A DNA stretch of 64,000 bases, taken from positions 74,276,001 through 74,340,000 of the forward strand of contig NC_043002.1 in assembly GCF_006345805.1 (NCBI RefSeq), given 5' to 3'. The translations under genes and the position numbers were made by a program. Positions within the stretch are counted from its first letter, which is position 1. Each line of letters starts with the position of its first letter. Shown here piece by piece: positions 13,561 through 25,789 of this stretch. This DNA is from Octopus sinensis. Lineage: Eukaryota. The notes under the pieces are model-generated. The model was given only the letters and a program-made list of their open reading frames with translations, was not told the DNA's origin and did not search any database.

Positions 13561-14644
13561 ATTGTATCACCATAGTCCAACAAATCACAAACTGTATAGT
13601 GTGAATGCAACCAATCGTAAGAAGCAAAACACAGTGGTGCAGGACATCTACTACATATGTGGGAAATTCTGTCTGTGGGTGTGTTTGTGGAGTTGTTAGC
13701 TAACTCCTCCTACATCATTTTATCGAATTTGATGAAACTTGATATGTGAGTAGAACTCATGTCTGCAAACCACATGGTATACTCAGATTGTTGAAAAAAT
13801 TAATAATAGGGCCCCTGGAAGGGATCCTTATATATATCTAATATAACCCATTCGTCCAGATTTTAACAGCCAAGGGAAATAACCCATTCATTTTCCTAAA
13901 TCATTTGGTATAAATCAAATTGAGTATGCTTATTTCTTAGTATTTGAATGGTTAGAGTTATTTTAGCAATTTATCCAGTACAACCCTTAAACAAGTAAAT
14001 AGTATTTTCCTTAACAATAGATCCACATATTTTCGGTTAATGACTTATTCACGAATATACCAACATTACCACTCCTGAGGGTAATATTCTCTGGGAATGC
14101 ACAAAAGCCCTTTTCAGAGTTATTTACTTTGAATTGTTATTATCGCATATCTGATTAGCCTGTTATTATGTAAGATGCTTCACGCTTTTAGTATACATAC
14201 CTTATTAGCATTTCCTCCTAAATTCTATATACTCTGGGAATGCAGGACACTGCTTATATGATGGTGATACTTGTTTACAACTATCATACAAAGCCAACAC
14301 TAGGAAACAGTAATATGTTCACACACACACACACACACACACACAATGAGCTTCTTTCAGTTTCCGTCTGCCTTGGTTGATTTAAATGCTTAAAGGTCAA
14401 AACAGTGTTGCCAAATGCCTTTGATATTTAGTCCCTTTCTCACACATACAGGTGTGGCTGTGTGGTAAGAAGTCTGTTTCCCAACCACATGGTTCTGGGT
14501 TCAATCCCATTGCATGGCACCTTGAGTAAGTGTCTTCTACGATGACCTCAGGTTAACCAAAGCATTGAGAGTTGGATTTGGTAGATGCAAACTGTCAGAA
14601 GCCTGTTGTATATCTCCCTCTCTTTCTATATTTATATATATATA

Positions 14645-14955
14645 TATCACCGTGATCACCATGACCGATCAGGCTATCAGATGTTGCTACACATCGCTGG
14701 TCACAATGTGCTTCGCATTGTTTTAGCCTTCAAATGATGCCACCCCACTGGCTAAGCGAGCAGGCCAACAGAAGAAAGAGTGAGAAAAAGTTGCAGTGAA
14801 AGAGTATAGCAGGGATCGCCACCACCCCCTGCCAGAGCCTCATGGAGCTTTAAGTGTTTTCGCTCAATAAACACTCACAACACCCGGTCTGGGAATCAAA
14901 ACTGCAATCCTACGACCGCGAGTCCATTGCCCTAACCACTGGGCCATTGTGCCTA
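14645..14955 (-). mobile_element. tRNA-derived SINE family E
   Basis: Reverse complement of head ATGGCCCAGTGGTTAGGGCA..GGACTCGCGGTCGTA, seen forward at 37165. Confidence 0.8.
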
Positions 14956-15797
14956 CACACACACACACACACATATATATATAATATATGTGTGTGTGTT
15001 TTTGTGCATGTGTTTGTCTCCCCGCTCCACCTCACCACCACTAGACAATCAGTGTCAGTGTGTTTATGTCTCTGTAACTCAGCAGTTCGGCAAAAGAGAC
15101 TAATGGAAAAAGAACCAGGCTTTACAAAAATATAAGTACTGGGGTTGATTCAGTTGACTAACATTTTTCAAGACAGTGCCCAAGCAGGAGCAGAGTCAAA
15201 TGACTGAGACAAGTAAAAGATAAAAGTTAAAAGTCACGTATCGTAAATTAATTGAGCACCTAAAGGACCCTGTTTATCTTGTTCCTCTCTAACTCCTGTA
15301 GAGTCTCTATATTCACAGCACATCTTTCATAGCTAAACACCATCACACCCAATCTGCCTCATATGATACACTGAAAAAATGACTGGGTGTTAAAAGTATT
15401 TGTTAACACTGTTCTGAGAAGAAGATTTGTTGCTGACAGAAACAACAATTCTCTAAATTACCTCTGTAACTTCTTTGATCCCTAGCCACCAAGCTGTCCC
15501 TACCCCCAGCATTAATTATGTCACCTAAATTACTGAATTTATCCACAACTTTCTGCAATTCAATTAGTTTATGGCTTCATTTCATGTTATTAAGTTTATT
15601 CAAAGCATCAAGTAGAGCTAAATAAATCCAGTACCCGCTGTAATAATAACAACACAGCTTTTGTTTACAATATCAACATAATGGTGAACTTTTGCCTGCT
15701 CCCTTCCTAACCATTAAGCAAGGCTACTTGTTTGATGTTGAGCTAATGAAAAAACCTCTATGTTGTCACTCGATCAGCTAGAAATAGTAGCCAAATA

Positions 15798-16026
15798 GCA
15801 AGCTGGCAGAAACGTTAGCAAGCCGGGCGAAATGCTTACTGGTGTATTTTGTCTGCCACTACATTCTGAGTTCAAATTCCACCGAGGTCAACTTTGCCTT
15901 TCATCCTTTCGGGGTTGATTAAATAAGTACTAGTTGCGCACTGGGGTCGATATAATCAACTTAATCCGTTTGTCTGTCCTTGTTTGTCCCCTCTGTGTGT
16001 AGCCCCTCGTGGACAGTAAAGAAATA
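15798..16026 (+). mobile_element. SINE family C, full length
   Basis: Perfect 18-bp TSD AGAAATAGTAGCCAAATA at 15780-15797 / 16027-16044. Confidence 0.9.
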
Positions 16027-16799
16027 AGAAATAGTAGCCAAATATCCTTCAAAACATACTCTCCTACTTTCTTTTGAAAACAAACGTGTAAAAGAAATTT
16101 AAATAATGTCGTTCTTGTGGATACACTATCCCTGAAAGCAAAACAGAGTAGCCATGAATGGTAAGTCTTTAATCATATGTCTATTCAATTAAAGATGACT
16201 TAGGGTTAAACAATAGCATCAACAACAATAAATAAAAAGCTTGTCTGGTGTTAAAGGGTTCCTGCTAGCAACTGGTAACTTGTGTTCACCTTTAGGTTAA
16301 ATACTTTGTTGCAAGTTTTAAACTTTCCCCATTTTACAACCAAGAAAAAATACCATCAAACAAGCAAACTTCCATCTACTAACACTCCCCTTCACCAATG
16401 CTCTCCAAATACTGGATAAACTAGTTACAGATGTACAAACATATCTGGTGAGGACAATTAATTATTTAACTAAAGGAAGCTGTAAAGCAATCATTACTAT
16501 AACTTAATTTATAATGTCATTATGTTTTATGTAAGTTTTACCACACAAAAAATTCTATCTTTATCTTTACTCCTTTACTTGTTTCAGTAATTGGACAGCA
16601 GCCATGCCGGGACACCATCTTGATGGGCTTTTGTCAAATAGACTGGGCCCAGTACTTATTTTTAAGTCCAGTACTTATTCTTACATAAGTACCACACTTA
16701 TATAAGCCTGGTACTATTTACTAAGTTATATAGGATGTAGACAAACCAACACTAGTTGTCAAGCAGCTGAGAGAGGTGGGTAGACAAGCACAAACACAT

Positions 16800-17345
16800 T
16801 CACATATGGTGGCTGCCCCTCGTTATCGAGTATGGCCATTGCACAAAGCTTAATCAATGTTGTTATCGTGCAATGCCTGTGCAAGAGACTTTTTTTAAAG
16901 TGAGGAAAGGCTGTGCACTGAGCCAATCCTACTCACTAAGCAACAGCAGCCATAATCCGAAAAGAAGAACAAGTCAACATCATTGTGAACCACTGAGCTG
17001 CAGGTTTTATGTCGGAGTTATCCCAGTTACCTGAATTACCTTCTCCTAGAAGCATGCCCTAACAAAGGCTAGGAGTCCTTCACTCCCAATGGTTTAACCG
17101 CGCGATCGGGTATTCAGTCCGATTATTTCTATGTCCCTGTGCATAATACAGCCTTAAGACATTTATTGGATGGCCGTTGACTCTCAAGAGTTCCTCCGCC
17201 CTTTGACGGGTTTTGTTTTTCATCCCGCAGGGTGTACAATAAACACCCTCCTCACCAAGCAAGCTTGGTGGGGTTGCCGGTTTAGTCGCTGACGGCCCAA
17301 CCATGCAACAGGTTGTACTGGGTTACATGTTACCAGTAGCACTCG
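16800..17345 (-). mobile_element. Probable non-autonomous retroposon resembling an RTE-type 5' region (family F)
   Basis: GC-richer island, no credible ORF; the motif GTCAGCGACTAAACCGGCAACCCCACC on minus recalls RTE 5' UTRs (from memory, unverified). Confidence 0.4.
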
Positions 17346-17389
17346 AGAGTGACCTGACATTCACATATACATCTATACATACATACATA

Positions 17390-17515
17390 TACAGTTCTAT
17401 ATTTGAGAGATGAGGAATTATGTACATTATTTACATTTGACAGATATTTGTCCTCATCTTGTTTGCTGTTAACACATTTCAGCTGATATGCTCTCCAGTT
17501 TTCATCAGGTGTCTG
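17390..17515 (-). mobile_element. Tail fragment of Penelope-like-tail element with decayed hammerhead motif
   Basis: Minus strand reads GACAC-CTGATGA-AAACTG-GAGAGCATAT-CAGCT-GAAA-TGTGTT; inverted homologue at 17851-17945. Confidence 0.6.
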
Positions 17516-17711
17516 TGGAATGAAGTTAAAATAATAGACAGAGAACACCACTGGAAAATATAAAAACTAAAAGAAGCAGCACATATGATAGGACATAATA
17601 ACCCCCTTAGCAGACCGAGTGCAGATAAGAGTAGCATATGGGAATCGGTATTGAGGAAGGATAGGAAAATATTAGGTTTATTAACCCTAAAATTCACTCC
17701 ATAATTGCCCA

Positions 17712-17945
17712 CGGGCATATGGCATAGTAGTTAAGAGTGTGGGTTACTAACCTCAAGATTCCGAGTTCGATTCCAAGCAGTGACCTGAATAATAATAATG
17801 ACATTGAAAAACACCTTAGGAATGAGAACCCAGGTTTTAAATTTTCTCAAGACATCTGATGGAGAGTATATCAGCCAAAACGTTGTGTTGGCAACAAACA
17901 AGATGAGGATAAATATCTGTCAAATATAAATAATGTATACATACA
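17712..17945 (+). mobile_element. tRNA-headed SINE-like element with Penelope-like/hammerhead tail
   Basis: A-box-like TGGCATAGTAG, B-box GTTCGATTCC, then GACAT-CTGATG-GAGAGTATAT-CAGCC-AAAAC-GTT-GTGTT at 17851-17889. Confidence 0.6.
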
Positions 17946-18113
17946 TATATATATATATTATCCACAGTTTCAGTATTATATATTCATTAGAGCTGACCTT
18001 ACCAATAGGTTTCACGCTAGGGATTCAACAGAGTGTTAGATAACAATTTGATTATGTCACCCTACGCTCATCAGAGGTAGCCAATATGGAATGAAATATT
18101 GGCGACACATATG

Positions 18114-18147
<34 letters not shown>

Positions 18148-18151
<4 letters not shown>

Positions 18152-18335
18152 TCCTTAGTGAAGGCCGGTTTATGGTGTTACCCATCCATAAAGGGTTTAA
18201 CTTTATGGCACATCATCAGAACCCAAAACCTGTTGGCCAACAAGTCTTGGGGGTCTTACAATATGACATAAATTAAACCCTTTATGGATGGGAAACCCAG
18301 GGTAATCCCATAAACCAGCCTTCACCAGGAAAAAA
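18148..18335. mobile_element. Hairpin MITE
   Basis: ~65-bp imperfect TIRs TTTTCCTTAGTGAAGGCCGGTTTATGG...CCATCCATAAAGGGTTTAA / TTAAACCCTTTATGGATGG...CCATAAACCAGCCTTCACCAGGAAAA in a TA context. Confidence 0.75.
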
Positions 18336-18394
18336 TATAGACTGCTCTACTTCTTCGAGTGTGCTTCTACTCCAGATTTAGGTTTTTCTAAAAG

Positions 18395-18429
<35 letters not shown>

Positions 18430-19399
18430 CATACAGTATATACATACATGTGTGTGCATGTGTATGTGTGTCTATATGTGTGTATATGGATGTATGTAAG
18501 TTTTTGCATATATGCATTTCAGTGCTTTTGTGAATAAATGTGCAAACAAATAGGACCAGATACATCCTTTATGCTAAAAATAGGTCAAAATTAGCCATTC
18601 AATGGAGACAGTTAAAATAAGTACCAAATTGGAATAAGCACTAGGGTTGACATCATGGATGAAAAACCCTAAAGTAGTAGCAGACGCTCAGGGAAGGAAA
18701 GAAAGATGGTTTAATGTTTCGAGCAATGCTCTTCTTCAGAAACAGAGGAAAGTTCAATAGAAAGGAAGATGGAGGAAGAAAATCGCCAATACATATTTTG
18801 TTTGCAAGATTCTTTGATGTGAATTCGTGTGTTGAAAAAAATACTATTGAACCTTGGGAGGGGCATTATGCTGGTAATAATAAACACACACACTGGTTTG
18901 GTCCTTTATTGTTATTGTTAGTTAATGGGTTAATTACTCCGATTAGCAGTTTTTTTACTAGTTTTTCAAACTCATATGTTAAATACTTTAGTCAAATAGT
19001 TAATCATTCAAATGTCCAGTATTGTTAGTGTTGTCATTTCTTTTTCTTTTTTTTGTCTTGTCAAATAATTATTTCATCGCATTGTTGAATCTCTTCAGTG
19101 AAACGTCTCTCTACTTCCATTTCTTTTGAACTTATATTCCAGCATTGGGATTCGTCCGAGATCTGTCCGAGATGAGTATATGAGTGTGTGTATGTCAGCA
19201 TGTGTGTGTGTTTATACATAAGTGTGTGCATCCGTATGTGTGTGTGTGCTTTTTTAAATACTATGTCATTTTTCATATAAATAAGAAAGCTATTTTGGCT
19301 TTCTCTTTGTTTTCTTCACAAACTCACGCATTCAACCATATAACGTTTCTCTCAAAGACAGTTAAACCGTCTTCTTTCTTTGATAAACGTTGAATAAAT

Positions 19400-19850
19400 T
19401 GATATCTATCTGTGTGTGAGCATGAGCATACGTATGTGCGCGTGTGTCCATGTGTGTATGAGTGTGTGTCTGTGTTTGCATGTACGTGTGTGTGTATGAG
19501 TGTGTGTCTGTGTTTGCATGTACGTGTGTGTGTATGAGTGTGTGTCTGTGTCTCAGTGTGTCTTTATGTGTTTGTGTGTATGTGTTTGCATTCACATGTG
19601 TGTGAGTTCCTCTGTGTTTGTGTGTGCATCTGTACTTCTGTATGCATGTTTGTGTGTGTGTATGTGTATATGAGTGTATCTGTGTGGGTGTGAGGGCATG
19701 TCTGTGTCCTTGTTTGTCTTTGCATGTGTGTGTGTGTTAGTGCATGCATGTGTGTCCGTCCATGTGTGTGTGTATGTTTGTGTGCATGTGTCTGTTCGTG
19801 TGTGTGTGTATGTGTGCGTCCATGTGTCTTTGTAAGGACTCTGCTTAATG
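19400..19850. repeat. Degenerate (TG)-rich tract
   Basis: Direct reading. Confidence 0.85.
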
Positions 19851-20050
19851 AACGTATTTACTATTCAAAACCAGTTGTCTTTCATGAGGAGTCTTCATCA
19901 GGGTGCCTCAAACTAATAGGTATATGTTCTGAGCGCTCAAATAGGTGTGCCACCAAAATTTTACTATTTTTACCTTTCGTTATTTATATTAAATTAAATG
20001 TCCTTATCTTGCCCTACCTAATTGTTTGCCTTTCCTCACTACTTTAACCT

Positions 20051-20089
<39 letters not shown>

Positions 20090-20093
<4 letters not shown>

Positions 20094-20670
20094 GATGCTT
20101 TTTACGTGCCACCAGCACAGGGGCCAGAGGAGGCTGGCAATCGGCTATGATCGGTTGGTGCTTTTTATGTGTCACCGACATGGACGCCAGTCAGGCGGTG
20201 CTGGCATCAGCCACATTCGGATGGTGCTTTTATGTACCACTGGCACGGGTATCTTAACTTCAATTTCCATTTGATTTTTATTTTGAAGTTTATGTACTTG
20301 ACTCAATAGGTCTCCTCAAGCACAGCGGGTGGCTCTACAATCCAAGGTTAGCACAGCAGCCTGTCCTGCGAGCCATGAACTCACTTCATTTGTCGGGTCT
20401 TCGCAGTCACAGCATATCACAGAGGTCTTGGTCTTTTGTCATTTCGTCTATGAGGCCCAACGTGCCACTGGCATGGGTATCACAACTACAATATCCATTT
20501 GATTTTTATTTTGATGTTGATGTACTTGACTCAATAGGTCTCCTCAAGCGCAGCAAGTCACCCTACGATCTAAGATTAACATGGCAGGCCGTCCTGTGAG
20601 CCATGAACTCATTTCATTTATCTTCGAAGTCACAGTATACTTACTTCATTTGTCGGGTCTTCGAAGTCAT
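20090..20670 (-). mobile_element. Family A internal region with two ~230-bp related units
   Basis: CCATTTGATTTTTATTTTGA...GTACTTGACTCAATAGGTCTCCTCAAGC occurs at ~20268 and ~20496; the start resembles family A subrepeats. Confidence 0.65.
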
Positions 20671-21489
20671 GTATATAAAATATAGTGATTATAGCACAGA
20701 ATGTTATATGGTGTTGTATAGCTGATGTGTGTATATGCAGTAATATAATTAGCAAGATCATTTTTATATTTTTCTTTCTAGTGCTAACAGCAGGGAGTTT
20801 GGCTTCATGATTTACGTCATTTATTTTTCAGAGTTCTTATCGTGCTTAGGTTTACTTTGCTGTTCAATCCTTCCAAGATCAATAAATTAAGGACTGATAA
20901 TATACTAGTGGAGTGATAATACTATTGATCCAGTATTGCTGTCAACCCATCGAAAATGTTCTCATACCTAATGAACGGAAATCACATTAGCCAGAAGACA
21001 GTCATACATAGTCACACACAGACATTCATGTATGGCTTGCATGAATATTCACAGTTGGGAAGAGTCCCATAATCTGCTGGACCACAGGCTTCTTTCTTCA
21101 TGTGGTATATCATGGAGCAAATAAGGCTTGGAGAGATTATTCTCTTTAAGATTTAACTACAGAAACAGTTGGATTCAAAACAGAAAACTTATGGATCACT
21201 ATGGTTATTATCATTGCCATCATTGTCATTTTAATCTCTGCTTTTACATGCTTGCAAGGGGCAGATGGAATTCATGGAGACAGATTTCTCTGCAACTGGA
21301 CAGGCTTTCATGAAAGACTCAGAATAAATGACACCACTTGTATGATGGTTACACTCATCTACAACTATCACACAAGATGCAGAGGCACAAACACGCACAT
21401 GAATAGATTATCTGTCTGTCTGTCAGTCTCTTTCTCCCTCTCTCTCTCCCTGCCCCTCTCTCTCTAAATATATATATAATTACTATTAT

Positions 21490-23090
21490 TGTTAAGGCAT
21501 TAAGGCAGAATTGTTAGCACGCTGGATGAAACGCTTAGCAGTATTTTGCCTGTCACTACATTCTGAGCTCAAATTCCACCAAAGTTGACTTTGCCTTTCA
21601 TCCTTCCGGGGTCAATAAATTAAGTACCAGTGAAACACTGAGGTCGAAGTAATCAACTAGTACCCTCCCTCTAAATTTCAGGCCTTGTGCCTTTAGTAGC
21701 AAAAAATTGTTAGCATGCTGGCAGCATTTCAACTGAGAATGTAAAGATGGATGAAATGTTGCTAAGCCTTTTGCCCAGCATGCTAACTATTCTGTCACCT
21801 TGTCACCTTAAGACTATTACAAATAATAAAGATTTCAAATTCTTGTGCAAAGTCAGTGATTTCGGGGGAGGAGTAAGCTGATTACATCGACCCCAAATCT
21901 CCAGTGCTCAACTGGTACTTATTTTATCGATCCCAAAATGTTGAAATTCAAGGTCAACATCAGCGGAATTTGAACTCAGAATGTGAAGATAGACAAATTG
22001 CCACTAAACATTTTGCCTGGTGCAATAACAATTCTGTCACCCCACTGCCTTAATACTACTACTAATAATATCTTTAATACTAATAATATTGTCACAACCG
22101 ATGACCTTTACTGCTCTGAACTCACTAAATTTGCTTTGCCTCTTGAGCAATTTTTTCACCAGAATTGTGGCTTTCTCAATATCCCTGTTACTGATTAGCG
22201 CAGCAGTTTGGATACAATCACATTAATTTCATCCAGTTGTCTTAGATCTTCCATCCAAGAGGGTTTGATAGTGCTGCTACATCGCAGGCTAATAAAAACT
22301 AATAACTCTAACAATAATAATAATAATCCTGTCTACTATAAACACATGGCCTGAAATTTGGTAGCAGGGGGGCGATTCAATTACATTCAACACAGTATTC
22401 AACTGGCCCCTAATTTATCGACCCCGAAAGGATGAAAGGCAAAGTTCACCTTGGCAGCATTTCAACTCAGAATGTAAAGATGTAAATGTCGAGCTGGCAG
22501 AATTATTAACATGCTGAAGCATTTTTCTGTCTTTACATTCTGAGTTCAAATTCCACTGAAGTTGACTTTGCCTTTCATCCTTTTGGGGTTGATAAAATAA
22601 GTATCCGTCAAACACTGGGGGTCAATGTAACCGGCTAACCCCCACCAAACTAGCTAGGGTAATTTAGGGTAAAACCTACACAAAAGACTTCGATTACTCT
22701 GCTACACTCAAGGCATCAAAACTGCCCTCTTCCAGTAACTTTTCACCTGTATAGAAAAGCATATTCAGGGTAGGCCAATCTGGTGGCAGAGGGCGAGTTG
22801 TTTACATTGACTGTTGTATTCAACTGGCCCTTAATTTATGAGTCAAAGTTGGCCTTAGTAGCATTTAAATTCAGAATGTAAAGATGGATGAAATGCTGCT
22901 AAGCATTTTGCCCAGCATGATAACTATTTTGCCACCTTGACACCTTAAGACTACTACTAATAATAATGGTTTCAAATTCTGGCACAATGTCAGCAATTTT
23001 GGGGAGGGAGTAAGTTGATTACAATAACCATCAGTGCTGGTACTTATTTTATTAATCCTGAATGGTCGAAGGGCAAGTTTTTGCCACTTT
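21490..23090. mobile_element. Dense cluster of about six SINE C/C2 fragments in both orientations
   Basis: Recurrent GCCTTTCATCCTT / GAACTCAGAATGT motifs and TTTCAAATT..G(G/T)GCA tails. Confidence 0.75.
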
Positions 23091-23180
23091 CATCTATCTT
23101 TCATTAACCCTTATGATATCAACCAACATGAGACTATCCCTGGTTCCATGATACAAATTTCCTGTTTGAAAGTCATCTAA

Positions 23181-23383
23181 ATACTCTTTTACTTGTTTCA
23201 GTCATTTGACTGTGGCCATGCAGGAGCACCACCTTTAGTCGAGCAAATCGACCCCAGACTTATTCTTTGTAAGCCTAGTACTTATTCTATCAGTTTCTTT
23301 TGCTGAACTGCTAAGTTACAGGGGCGTAAACACACCAGCATCGGTTGTCAAGTGATGTTGGGGAGACAAACACAGACACAAAC

Positions 23384-23431
<48 letters not shown>

Positions 23432-23590
23432 CGGGCTTCTTTCAGTTTCTATCTACCAAATCCACTTACAAGGCTTTGGCTGGCCTGAGGCTATAGTAGA
23501 AGACACTTGCCAAAGGTGCCACACAGTGGAACTGAACCCCGAACCATGTGGTTGGTAAGCAAGCTACTTACCACACAACCACTCATATGC
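23181..23590 (-). mobile_element. SINE family B, full length
   Basis: Reverse complement of the 9881-10268 family, with internal (TA)n. Confidence 0.85.
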
Positions 23591-24016
23591 CTATGTTAAT
23601 TTATGTTTCAAACACCTGCTTAGTAATGACAAATTTATTTTGTTAAATTTTTCATTTTCAAAATTGACACAATAGTAGTGTATTTTAACAGAGATATGTT
23701 AACAAAGGGGTTAAACACCCTAAAAGATAGCACCTCCTACACAACCTTCCTCTTCCTTTTCAACTAGAACTTGAAGTTGATGAGAACTTGGCCAGAAAGG
23801 AAAATGTCTTCAAATCTTTCTGACAAGCCCACCTCTCAATTTCTTTGGTGGTAATCAGAAGACAGAGAAAGGTTAGTAGCCCTTCTTTGTCAAAGAAAGA
23901 TGGCATGTTGATTTCTTCTATAGATTTATCCTACACAAAACAGTAGCTCTTTGATACAAACCCACAAGTCAGTAATACATGGCTATTATTGATTGATAGT
24001 GTGGATGATGGTTTAA

Positions 24017-24025
24017 TAATAACTG

Positions 24026-24087
<62 letters not shown>
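24017..24087. repeat. (AAT)n microsatellite at the 5' junction of the R4 element
   Basis: Direct reading. Confidence 0.95.
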
Positions 24088-24088
<1 letters not shown>

Positions 24089-25310
24089 TTGAGCGATTGC
24101 TTGGAAGAAGTATGGAGAATTGGAGGACGGACTTGACAGCATATGGAAGAAGTTTAGGGACAGTAGAAATCAGGAGGGGCATCTTCCAAGGGGACTGCCT
24201 GTCCCCACTGATCGTTGTACTGTGTTTGATATTGCTAACACTAATTCTGAGGAAAGCAAAAGCTGGGTATGTATTCAAAAGCCACCAACAAAAAGTCAAC
24301 CATTTGTTACTCATGGATAACCCCAAACTTTATGGTAAAGATGAAGCCCAAGTCAGTTCCCTCATTGATACAGTGTATACTTTCAGTGCTGATATCAGAA
24401 TGGAGTTTGGACTGAGAAAGTGTGGTGTGTTAGTCTTGAAGAGAGGCAAAATCAAATGTATGGATGGGCTAACGATACCGTCGGTGGAGGTTATGAAGCA
24501 GATAGAAGAGACGGGCTATAAGTACTTGGGGACTTTGGAAATGGATAAATTGATGGAGAAAGAAATGACAGAAAAATTTAAAGTGGAGTACTTGCAGACT
24601 GAGACCGATCCTTAAGTTGAAATTAAATGGATGGAGTAAGATCGAAGCTATCAACACCTGAGCGATTTCACTCCTTAGATATGGAGCAGGGGTAATCACA
24701 TGGACAGTAGACGAGCTAAACAGATTAGACAAAAAGACAGGGAAGTTGCTAACTAGATATGGGACACTCCACCCCAAAAGTGACACAGATAGACTGTATG
24801 TTCCAAGAAAAAGAGAGGGAAGAGGACTTGCTGGATGCAAACACAGCATTAGAGCAGAAGAAAACAACATAGCATGGTATGTAAAAAATGCCACAGAACC
24901 GCTATTATTAGAAGTAAGAAGGTCAGGCTTGTGTAGGATGAAAGATTGCAAAAATAAAGCACTGTACAAGCAATTGAAAACGAATGAAACTGAAAATAGG
25001 TGGGTAAAGAAAAGAATGCATGGACAATTTCATAGGGATGTTGAAGATAAGACAGACAGAGAAAAAAGATGGCTGTGGATGACTAGAAGTGATTTAAAAC
25101 TGGAAACGGAGGCTCTAATCTGTGCTGCCCAAGAGCAAGCACTAAGAACAAACTACATAAAATACAGAATAAACAACACAGCAGAAAGAGATAAGTGCAG
25201 AATCTGTGGACAAAATGGTGAAACCGTATGGCACATTACCAGCCAATGTATGCCACTAGCCCAGAAGGACTATAAGAGATGCAATGATAATATAGCAAGG
25301 CTTGTCCAGT
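24088..25310 (+). pseudogene. R4/Dong-clade non-LTR retrotransposon remnant (RT and CCHC finger), 5'-truncated and frameshifted
   Basis: RRGIFQGDCLSPL, NHLLLMDNPKLY (YMDD-type catalytic motif decayed), DIRMEFGLRKC, YKYLG, MHGQF, QEQALRTN, CRICGQNGETVWHITSQC; frameshift near 24600. Confidence 0.88.
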
Positions 25311-25319
25311 TGAGCAGGT

Positions 25320-25680
25320 CCCTTGGTGGTTGATGATATGTGCATCTCTGATCATGAGTAGAAGTAGTGAGGGAGCATCATAGCCGTGTGTTGAAAGGAA
25401 TTCTTTGGGGTTTGAATAATTCATGTCTGGAAACATGGCTATTTTGTTCATCATCCTCAAACGACCCTTATTCAGGGACCTTTTGAGCAGGATGGGCTAT
25501 TTTGACGTGGGTCCCACCTGCAAGGTCATGTGCTGTTTATTTTGATATGAGCTCACCATGTCAGGCACATATGGTTGTGATGCATGTGCCTGGTGTACCC
25601 TTATCAGACAGATAGTCATGGTGGGTATATTGGGCTTCGTATATTTTACTCCAGTGTCACTTCGATGGCATGCACTGCTC
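25320..25680. mobile_element. Unclassified repeat family G truncating the R4 element
   Basis: GATCATGAGTAGAAGTAGTGAGGGAGCATCATAGCCGTGTGTTGAAAGGAATTCTTTGGGGTTTGAATAA matches ~42795-42870. Confidence 0.55.
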
Positions 25681-25683
25681 TCT

Positions 25684-25684
<1 letters not shown>

Positions 25685-25727
<43 letters not shown>

Positions 25728-25780
25728 ATAATAATAATAATAATAATAATAATGATAATAATAATAACAATAATAATAAT
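25685..25780. repeat. (ACT)n(AAT)n microsatellite
   Basis: Direct reading. Confidence 0.95.
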
Positions 25781-25789
25781 AGTAGTGAC

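Noticed and set aside
677-13699. Many poly-M/D/H/Y/VC ORFs here and throughout the window
   Set aside because: Microsatellite translations.
13640-13830. Helitron/HINE-like fragment (also 44670-44750)
   Set aside because: Only generic motifs (CTGTCTG, TTTGATGAAACTTG, CTAG); termini and hairpin not demonstrable.
17712-17785. Genuine tRNA gene (also other A/B-box heads)
   Set aside because: No complete cloverleaf; fused to multi-copy SINE bodies.
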